NCBI GenBank assembly: GCA_043228905.1
Contig: JBHGNT010000002.1
Coordinates: 17,546,001-17,610,000, forward strand
Direction: 5' to 3'
Length of the DNA stretch: 64,000 nucleotides
Source: Azolla caroliniana
Taxonomy: Eukaryota > Plantae > Polypodiophyta
In this document: one piece after another, positions 39,979-49,519 of the stretch
Numbering within the stretch: position 1 is the stretch's first letter
Layout of the letters: every line of letters begins with the position of its first letter
Program-made: the position numbers and the translations under genes
Notes under the pieces: generated by a model
Database searches by the model: none
What the model was told of the DNA's origin: nothing
The model's input: the letters and a program-made list of their open reading frames with translations, nothing else

Positions 39979-40087
39979 TAAAATTGCTGCTTGTGACCAT
40001 AGTGTAGCTAATTACTTCCATCTTTGCTAATTAGGTAAGCTGTATAAAGTGTGGAAACTATTTAACTATTATGATTGTAGTGTATAT

Positions 40088-41540
40088 GCTAATTACCTAA
40101 CATGTAGTTAATTAGCTAAGGGGTAGCTAATTAGCTACTACCATACTTTAGCTGAGTAGCTAATTAGCTAAGTGGTAACCAATTAGCTACTACCAAAGTT
40201 TAGTACAATAGCTAATTAGCTAAGTGGTAGCTAATTAGCTACTACCATACTTTAGTTGAGTAGCTAATTAGCTAAGTGGCAGATAATTAGCTACTACCAT
40301 AGTTTTAGTACAATAGCTAATTAGCTACTACCATACTTCAGCTGAGTAGCTAATTAGATACTACCATAGTTAAGTACAGTAGCTAATTAGCTGCCCGCTA
40401 ATTAGCTACTACCATATGTTAGCTGAGTAGCTAATTAGCTACTACCATAGTTTAGTACAGTAGCTAATTAGCTAATTAGCTACTAACATATGTTAGCTGA
40501 GTAGGTAATTAGCTACCACTTAGCTAAGTAGCTACAACCATAGTTTAATACAATAGCTAAATAGCTACTACCATAGTTTAGTACAGTAACTAATTATCTA
40601 AGTGGTAGATAATTAGCTACTACCATACTTTAGTACAGTAACTAATTAGCTACCAGTTATTTAATTAGCTACTACCATACTTTAGTAGAGTAGCCAATTA
40701 TGTAAGTGGTAGCTAACTAGCTACTACCATAGTTTAGTACAGTAGTTAATTAGCTACTACCATAGTTTAGTACAATAGCTAATTAGCTAAGTGGTAGCTA
40801 ATTAGCTACTAGCATACGTTAGCTAAGTAGCTAATTAGTGACTACCATACTTTAGCTGAGTAGCTAATTACCTAAGTGGTAGCTAATTAGCTACTACCAT
40901 AGTTTAGTACAGTAGCTAATTAGCTAATGGTTGCTAATTAGCTACTACCATAGTTTAGTACAATAGCTAAGGAGCTAAGTGGTAGCTAATTAGGTACTAC
41001 CATAGTTTAGTACAATAGCTAAGTAGCTAAGTGGTAGCTAATTAGCGACTACCATACTTTAGCTCAACAGCTAATTAGCTAACCGGTAGCTAATTAGCTA
41101 CTACCATAGTTAAGTATAGTAGCTAATTAAGTAAGTGGTAGCTTATTAGCGACTACCATACTTTAGCTGAGTAGCTAATTAGTTAAGTGGTAGCTAATTA
41201 GCTACTACCATAGTTTAGTACAATAGCTAATTAGCTAAGTTGTAGCTAATTAGATACTACCATAGTTTAGTACAGTAGCTAATTAGCTAAGTGGTAGTAA
41301 TTAGCTACTACCATAGTTTAGCTAAGTAGCTAATTAGCTACTACCATAATTTAGTGTACAATAGCTAATTAGCTAAGTGGTAATAATTAGCTACTACCAT
41401 AGTTTAGCTAAGTAGCTAATTATGTAATGGTTGCTAATTAGCTACTACCATACTTTAGCTGAATAGCTAATTAGCTAAGTGGTAGCTAATTAGCTACTAC
41501 CATAGTTTAGTACAATAGCTAATTAGCTAATTAGCGACCA
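40088..41540. repeat. Satellite built from the palindrome TAGCTAATTAGCTA
   Basis: Dozens of palindromic cores separated by recurrent short (AGTG) and long (CTACCATAGTTTAGTACA or CTACCATACTTTAGCTGA) linkers. Confidence 0.97.
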
Positions 41541-42309
41541 TGTTGTTGTAGAATCTTGTGGATTAAGGAGGGCACATGAGTTCTCTAGTGCTGATGACGC
41601 CGCAATCGATGAGGAGATAGTTGCCAACATGGCTGAAAGTAAGAGTCCTACTATCACATCTCCTTTAGATTAGCTCCAACCTATTCTTTTTGAAGATGGT
41701 AATGAATTAGGCAACGATGTGAAAAGTCATGAAATATTGAAAACAACATGTAAATCTAAGGTTCACAATAATAGTGTTTTTGAACACTTGATGCAACATT
41801 TCTTCGAATTCCAAAACCTTGATTCAACCCTATTGAGCCCAACTACTTATAATGTCCAAACAAATCCCACTATACTTGAAAAGCTAGTACAAGACGTAGC
41901 TGACCTGCAAGCCGTTGTTGAGGTGATGGAAAGGATGTCGGAGGAGGACACACTTGCGCAATGGGTCAAAGAAGCAAGGCTAAATGGGCAACCGACTAGA
42001 AAAAGGCTGAAGAAGGGGCCACGATCGGGGATAAGACCAGTTACTCGGTCAAGGGGCTCTTGAATTGGAGCGAAATACTTATTAGTGGCATATGATTGTT
42101 AGCGATTTTACTAGGGTTTTATGAAGTTTTACTATGATCTTTTGGATAAGTAAAACCTCAGATTGGTTGTTGCTTGATCCACATTATGTAATGGAACTCT
42201 ATGATGTTTCTCCAAGATAATTATGTTCATGTTTCTATGATGGAAAATATTTCATGTTCATGATGTTGTTTTGTGAGACTGTTAGTTACTTTGTGAGTGT
42301 GAACATGTG

Positions 42310-42381
42310 TCATGATATGGCAAGACTCAAACCCATGACCTTATGTTAGATGGGTCGAGCTCTTGACCATTTTACCATCTA
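42310..42381 (-). other. tRNA-derived SINE-like head (degenerate Pol III A and B boxes)
   Basis: Minus strand TGGTAAAATGG ... GGGTTTGAGTC with tRNA-like spacing; no convincing cloverleaf. Confidence 0.4.
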
Positions 42382-42382
42382 T

Positions 42383-42732
42383 TGTAATACGTAGGATATT
42401 ATTTTCATTTAAGTTTTATTATAGGAAATTAATGTATATTCCAGCTTTCTCTGGAACATTCTAGAAGCTTCAGAATTACTCTTGAGAACACTATAAAAGA
42501 AGGCACTAGGCATTATGTTGAACCAAATTGGTTCAACGCGATTCTTAAGCCTCATAGCCATCTTGTACTTACTCTTCCTATAATATATCATCTGTTATCA
42601 TCATCTAGACTCTCTCTCTCCTCTTCTCTTTTCTCTCTCTCGGGAGTCTTACGCAATCCTGTCCTCTTAGTACTAATAGTACTTCCCTTCTCTAGTACTA
42701 ATTCTCTCTTTGTTTTAGTACTATTTCTGACA
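42383..42732 (+). repeat. 5' LTR of the Tcn1-like element
   Basis: TG...CA ends and TATAAAA 42492-42498. The partner LTR is not in the window, so the boundaries are inferred. Confidence 0.7.
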
Positions 42733-42734
42733 GT

Positions 42735-42746
42735 TTGAACCAATTT
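42735..42746 (+). promoter_or_regulatory. Self-priming PBS, complementary to the predicted transcript 5' end
   Basis: TTGAACCAATTT is the reverse complement of AAATTGGTTCAA (42525-42536), which starts 33 nt after the TATA start. Confidence 0.75.
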
Positions 42747-45700
42747 TCCCTCTCTAGTCTTTCTTTTGGTTTCCCTCATCCTCTTATCCTTTTTCTATAC
42801 AATGGCTTCTGTTAGCGCCCAAGAATACCAATCCGTTTTCTTCGAGCTACAGTATCTAAAAGAAAAATTTGTTGCCTTGGAACAAGAAAACCAACGGTTG
42901 TTAGGGGATCTTCAACAAATCACCCTAGAAAAACAACAAATGCATCAACAACATGGGGAGTTGCAACAACAACATGGGGAGTTAGCGTTACGTGTGCAAC
43001 AACTCGAAGCAGCTTTGCAACAACATAGATCAAGTCCCCAAGGAATTCATAAAGAGCCCAAGATTGGACTTCCTGTAAAATTTGATGGAACGCGATCACA
43101 ATTCAGGGGATTCCTCAATTAGGTACGCCTAGTCATTCAAATGCATCCGTCTCGATACCCCACTGAGGCATCCCGAGTCGGCCTAATAGGCACGTTGCTT
43201 AGCGGCTCAGCCTTGGCATGGTTTGCTCCGCTTCTAGAAAAACAATCGTCCTTACTTAATAACTTTGAAGACTTTATTAGTGAGTTTAAAGCTTGCTTTA
43301 GAGATACAGAAAACATCCGGACAACGATGAACAAAATCCAATGATTGCGTCAAGGCGATCGTCCAGACTCTGCCTACGCGGCGGATTTCCGTCTACTCGC
43401 TTTAGATATCCCTTGGGATGATCAAGCGCTAATGGAGCAGTTTCGCTACGGCCTGCGAAACGATGTCAAAGATCTACTTCTAACCTTCACCGAAGAACCA
43501 AAGTCTCTTACGGAGGCAATCAGTCGAGCGTTCCGATGCGACAACCGCCTTTTCGAATGGCGTTTGTAGCATCAATTACAAATACCACACTCTAGGACAG
43601 AGCCCACTTACGCCTCAGTCGTGGCTAAACCATTTGCACGAGACATACCTCAAGCAAATACTCCGACATCGATGGAGATCGACACCATGCGTCGACGTGG
43701 CCCGTTATCGGAAGAAGAAAAGCAACGATGATGTGCAAATCGATTATGTCTTTATTGTGGTGAACTAGGGCATATCGCAATCAATTGTCCCCATAGGCCA
43801 AGAAGATAGGTAAATCAAATCGTAGCCTGTACTAAACCCGAGTCAATTCTTCCCTTAGGAGTGTCTGATAGTATTAATAGTACTAATAGAGTGTTTGATA
43901 TTATTAATAGTACTATTAGCCCAAGTATCTCAAACAAATTTGAAATCCTTAGTCAATTAGATGAAGAGTTAAACGATTGAGTCCAGCCAAAATAGAAGCC
44001 ATTTGGTTGGACAACCCTAGATCTGTACAACCCATTAGTGGTTCCATTCCCTCCAAGCAAGTTATCAATGTGTTCCTAGCCCAAGTCATGGTTAGTACTA
44101 AAAGTACTCCCCCAGTACACGTCCTAACACTTCCAGATTCCAGAGCTAATTCCTGTTTCATGGATCGAAATTTTGCCCAAGCTTCTCAAATATCCTTAAG
44201 AAAACTTCCTTGCCCCGCATCTGTAGTAGTCATTGATGGTCGTCCCATTACTTCCGGGAATATTGTAGAAGACTCAGAACCCATTCAAGTTGTCCTTGGT
44301 AGTTTTGTGTGTGCAGTATCATTTAATATAATTAGTAGTCCAAAGCATCCCATTGTCCTGGGATTACCTTGGTTTGAATTACATAATCTAGACATAGATC
44401 GGAGAACAAGAGAAGTCTGACATCGACAACCCCTAGAATCTACTCATCGAGTTTCAACCATTTCACTACATCAATTATGCGAAGAAGGACACAAGGAGGC
44501 AATGTTCCTATTTGCAATATCAGTACATCCTTCCAGCACTATAAAGGAGGAATCCTTAGTGCAACTCCTGGAGAAATATCATCCTTATGACGATGTATTT
44601 GACAAGGTAAAAGTTGGTACTCTTCCTCATCATCGTCCCTATGATTGTCCCATCAATTTACAACCAGGAGAAGAGCCACCATGGGGACCAATTTACAACT
44701 TGTCACCCACTGAGTTAGAAGTCCTTCGAGCCTATATAGAGGAGAACTTGACCAGCAGATTTATTCGTCATTTGAAATCTCCAGCCGGTGCACCCATCTT
44801 CTTTGTCAAGAAGAAAGATGGCTCACTTCGTCTCGTCGTTGATTACCGCGGCTTGAATAAACTCACCACCCGGAATAGGTATGCAGTTCCTCTTATATCA
44901 AGTCTTTTAGAGCGAGTTAATGGTGCCAAGTTTTTTACAAAAATCGATCTACGAGGAGTGTATAACCTCGTGCAGATCTGACCGGGAGATGAATGGAAGA
45001 CCGCCTTACGCACTTCGAATATACTGTTATGCCGTTCGGTCTAACCAATGCACCCGTAGTCTTCCAACACATGGAAAATGATATATTCAGAGACCTCTTG
45101 GATATCTGTTTGATCATCTATCTGGATGATCTATTGATTTATTCGAAGACCCAGGAAGAGCACGATTCTCATGTACTATTAGTACTAAAACGACTCCGCG
45201 AGAATGGTCTTTATGCCAAGCTAGAAAAATGTAGCTTTGACTGCAAGCAAGTGGAATTTCTAGGCTACTTCATCTCCTCAAAGGGCATCTCCATGGATCC
45301 AACTAAAGTCCAAATTGTGCTAGAGTGGCAAATTCCACGGTCGGTATGAGATGTACAATGTTTTCTAGGTTTTGCTAACTTCTACCGCAAGTTTATATAA
45401 GATTACTCGAAGATTATTTTACCTCTCACACAACTTACGAAGAAGGGACAAGAATTTCTTTGGTCCAATGAAGTGGACATGGCTTTTCGGCATCTTAAGA
45501 AAGCCTTTACATCAGCTCCTATTCTAGCTCATGTGGATACAAAAAAACCATTCATCATGGAGGCCGACACATCGGATTTCGCCCTCAGTAGCATCCTTTC
45601 TCAACAAGGAGATAAAGAAGAGTTACATCCTATGGCTTTTCATTCGCGCAAATTCGATGCCGTAGAAATCAACTACAAAATACATGACAAGGAGTTATTA

Positions 45701-45816
45701 GCCATCGTGGATTCCTTTGTGCAATGGCGGCATTTCTTAGAGGGCTCTCCACATCAGGTCATCGTCTTTAGTGATCACAAAAATCTTTCTTATTTCCAGA
45801 ACGCTCGGGTGCTAAA

Positions 45817-46256
45817 TGTTGCCGATTAGGAACACGGTCTGCGGTCAGTCCTTCGACCTAGACCTCCAAGTGGGTGTGGAACAACGAACATGTGTCTAAG
45901 CATAATGCGTAGGGGAAGGTTCCCTGTAACCTATCGGCGTATAAGGGAGACAACTACAATTGAATCCCTATCAAGGGTTACACTTCCATACTTAAACGCT
46001 TAGGTATTCAAGACACACACAATGAATTAGCTGTAGCTATACACAGGAAATCAAAGAAGATAGAATTCTATTATGAGACGTTTCTTTACATTCCCAAAAT
46101 TACACGCTCCCTCTAACAGAGGTTTTCTGCCCTTTATATACGCAAGGTCTATTTAGCCGTTCACGCTTCCTGCGTGAACCGTTACATGCGTTATGATCTT
46201 ATATTATTTCTTATTCCTACGCTTTTGTCCGTCAGTTACTATTCCGGCGGACAACA
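45817..46256 (-). repeat. LTR (apparently 3') of non-chromovirus Gypsy element K
   Basis: Imperfect inverted ends TGTTGCCG / CGGACAACA; minus-strand TATATAAAGGG at ~46130-46140; cleanly interrupts the Tcn1-like RNase H. Confidence 0.75.
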
Positions 46257-46258
46257 CC

Positions 46259-46275
46259 TGGCACGCCTGTGGGAC
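46259..46275 (+). promoter_or_regulatory. tRNA-Arg PBS-like motif in inverted orientation at the PPT position
   Basis: TGGCACGCCTGTGGGAC, 2 nt from the LTR edge; same core as the normal PBS at 56638-56650. Confidence 0.7.
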
Positions 46276-46303
46276 AGTGCCCTGGCACGTCGGACCCATC
46301 CCA

Positions 46304-47395
46304 TTAATCCTCTTCCAAAATGGCCTGGATGTTTGGCTCCGCTGCGGTGTCCGCGTTCGGAGGTGATGTAGGGCTTGTAGGTGCATCTTGGTGTGGCTCC
46401 CCTGTCTGGTCGGGCTGGTTTCTCCCGGAGTCGCAGTCGCCGTGTGTGGGTGGTCCGGGTCCGGTGGGCTCTTCTTGAGCTAGTGGGATGGGCTCCGCCG
46501 TTGTCGTGCTTGCAGTCGGCTGCGGCTCTGCCTCCATTGTTACATCCTCCGTGGTATCGGCCGTTTTTGTACGTTCCAGGGAGTGGGGCGGAGATTCCGC
46601 CTGGCTCGCACCGTTCTCTGTGTGGTCTGATGATAGTGTGGGCTCGTGCGGATGAACCTCTTTTTGTGCAGTGGTTTCGCTGTCTGGTCCTGTGTGGAAC
46701 TCCGCTCGTTGGTCCCCGCTGTTCTCCGTCGTCGTTATTTCTAGTGATTGGGCCTGAGGTTCCTCTTCTTCGGTCGTGCCCGTTTGTGCGCGTGTTGCCA
46801 GTTTGTGTGATCTTGTGAAATAGCTCCTCCTGGCTTTCACCAAAATCATCTAAGAGCTGCTCGAGTTCTTCAGAGTGTTGGTCCGCTAGCGCACGATAGT
46901 CTTGTGCTAGGTCCTCTCGTACGGCCGCAATGCTCTCCTCATTTAGTTTATAGAAACCTCGACCGTCTTTTCGCCGGTTCTCCCAGACCACAGGATACGC
47001 ATGCAATTCCGTTGCTTGGGTTGCCCACGCCATCTATCCTTTGTCCAGCACCGTTTTCAATTGCGATGTGAACCTCTCCCGATTTGTTTGGAGAAGGATA
47101 CGCACGTTATCTGTGATGGCCTAGCAACGGTTGCGTGCATCTTCCATCGGCTTCTGGAGATTTGCGACTTCTTGCTGTTTAACCGCCGCCGCTTCCTCGT
47201 ACGTGGCCTTCAGGCCTGCCCACAGCTCAGATTCCTTTGCATGCTGTTCTTCTAGTTTCCCCATTTGATTGTTTAGGCGGATTTCGAACTGATGCCTTCT
47301 GTCTTGTTCGACCACCAACTGCTCATCGAACCATACCTTCTTTTTTTCTAATAAGGCCTGGAGTCCTGCGATTGCTGCCTCCGATTTCTTCGCGT
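46304..47395 (-). pseudogene. C-terminal part of a Gypsy 3' extra ORF (coiled coil and acidic tail)
   Basis: ORFs 47121..47395, 46239..47033 and 46304..46849; homologous motif at window positions 300-430. Confidence 0.6.
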
Positions 47396-49458
47396 TGTCG
47401 TGAAAAATTTCGGCCAGAGGCGGAAACCAGGAAATGTTGGCTACATCGGCGGGGTGCGGCATGTGCGATCACCCTTGTACATTTAGTGTGAATAACGAGG
47501 GTGTCTTTATGGCGCCGAACAGTAGTTAAGTCGGGATTTATCCCACATTGTAACGCATCTCCCTCCTTGTTCTATAAAAGGAAGGGAGCGCCTCTTGTGA
47601 GAGGGTTGCCCACTTTGAGTCTTAAGGGTATACCGTTTTGTGTTTCTTTCTAGGTTTAGCTACATTCTTTCTTTTCTTCGTTTCTTTTCTGCTCCTTCTC
47701 GATGAGTCGAGCAGTAGCTATGACAACAAGCTGTTAGGTTAGTTTCTCTTCTTCTGTGCATAGCCGGCTCGCGGCCGGGGTTGTATCTCTCCCTCTTGAA
47801 GGTTGCTTCTGGTCGGCCTCCTAAGCAAGACCCCGCTTGGTGCAACGAGCCCGAGAGCTCCCCGATGGCGGCTTGGCTGCAGACTACTGTTGCAACCTAG
47901 CCTACCTCAGTCCAGCTCGGAGTGGAGTTGTAACTTACTCTTGTAATCATATATATATATACAAGGTTGTGCATATTTGTGTCTCTATCGGTGTCAGGGG
48001 CTTTCCCTTCCCTGTGTTTTCTGTACATAAGGGCGTGAGTTGGGTCGGCGTGGTGTGTGTGTGTGTGGGTGTGAGTCGGTGTCAAGAGTGCGCTTTCTCT
48101 CTCTTTCTCTCTCCCGTTCGGTCGCTTCTGAAATCCGTCCGGAATCGCCTTCTCGACCTCCCTTCTTCCCTCGTCCAAGACTCTCGTGGTCCCGCCCTTC
48201 TACACGCACGCACGAAACATCGCGACATCTTTGGTGAACTCGACGTGAAAGGCGGCAGGGGAGGATAGAGTCGGAAGATGATGACGTCGCAGAGATGGTG
48301 GCCGAAGTGGTGTTGGAGTCTACACGAGTGGTGATTAGGCGAGAAGCAGCGCAACAAGTGGTTGAGCGAGTGGTCAAAAGAGTCGGTTGTTTCAACGGGG
48401 ACAAAGTCCCATCTTACTTGGAAGCCTACAACGCCGAAATGGAGGAGCGAGACGTGGAGGAAGCGTTGAGCCTAGAGTTCTTTTGTCGGGTTGTCGCCAT
48501 CCGTATGCACGCGGGAGTGAAGGAGCTCCGAGGAGCTCATAGTTCGTGGGAGGCCTTTGAAGAGGCGCTTCTACAGGCATATGGAGGACGGCTGAAGAGC
48601 CGGGGAAGACACGACTTCGACCAGTGGGTAACATCGGCAAAGAACCACCGGGGCGCGTAGAAGACGTTCCGAGAGTTCGAGCGACGGCTTGCTTGGCTCC
48701 CGGAGTGGGAACAAGGTTTGGTGGGGGCGGACAAAGTCCTATTGTTTGTCAGGTCGATCGACCGAGCGGAACGGGAGGCCATCGGGATGGAGCTCGGAGA
48801 CGATGACGGAGTGAATGGGCTTACGAAGGACTGGTCGAAGGTCGGAAGGGTGTGCCAACGGCTAGACGATGAGCGAGCCGAGAAGGCTAATAGGAAGGCG
48901 CACGACGGCGTGCCATCACAGCGGGAAGAGGCCGAACGGCAAAGAGAGTCGGCAAGGGTCGGCGTTGGGGCCAGGATTGCGGAGGCGTACGCAGCTCTCG
49001 AGGCGATGCTCGAGGAAGAGGAAAGATCGAGGCCGCAAGTCGAGACCGAGGAGATGGACTTGCCCCATGCGATGGCAGGAGATCAGTAGCACGGTACCAC
49101 GGGAGACGGTGAGGAGAGCCCTCCACGCAGATTTCGGAGACTCCGATGGTCGAGCCCGTGTGCCGACCTGAGACCGGACAGAAGGAAGGCGCCGACGAGG
49201 AGTTCTGGCACGGTGCCAGCGAAGATGGGAAACGGCCTGCGAGGAGGCCAAGGACGGAAACAGCATGAAAAGATCAGCATTCCGATTTGGGTGGAGCGTC
49301 ATCCGGATGTGGATGACTCGCCTGAAACCCGGCCCAAGGCGCGAAAGACCAGGCACGGGCTATAGAGCTTGATCGGTAGGGCTCGGTTCGGTACAATAGT
49401 GCCGGCATGGAAGAGGGTGCGAAATAAATTTCCCTCTTTTACATGATGACACAAGCCT
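47396..49458 (+). mobile_element. gag: Gypsy family G copy 1: 5' LTR 47396-48227, tRNA-Trp PBS 48232-48249, gag-like ORF
   Basis: TGTCGTG...CGCGACA; PBS TGGTGAACTCGACGTGAA; VGCFNGDKVPSYLEAYNAEM resembles the gag of ORF 57808..60051. Confidence 0.88.
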
Positions 49459-49519
49459 GCCGGTCTCTCTCCACAACCTCGATCGCTAGCTTCCCGATTT
49501 GCGGCCTTTGCCCGGCCGG

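Larger units (their letters stand above)
34005..42063 (+). pseudogene. Degenerate, probably spliced gene with a RING-H2-like finger, interrupted by Copia F and a satellite
   Basis: CIAC...PCQHTYHIVC...CLGNC in ORF 34779..; upstream coding-like pieces 34005-34407; downstream reading 41551-42063 ending in the basic tail RKRLKKGPR. The exon structure is inferred. Confidence 0.5.
42383..45816 (+). mobile_element. Tcn1/Tf1-sushi-like chromovirus (Gypsy), 5' part, interrupted in RNase H
   Basis: LTR ~42383-42732; gag EPKIGLPVKFDG...LSGSALAW with CLYC..GH....C; protease; RT PPWGPIY...SPAGAPIFFVKKKDGSLRLVVDYRGLN and YLDD; RNase H AFHSRKF...IHDKELLAIV. Confidence 0.9.

Noticed and set aside
40088-41540. 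Palindromic repeats with spacers suggesting a CRISPR array
   Set aside because: The spacers are recurrent rather than unique, there are no cas genes, and the context is eukaryotic.
42310-42381. Intact tRNA gene
   Set aside because: The B box is degenerate and there is no acceptor stem; kept only as SINE-like.
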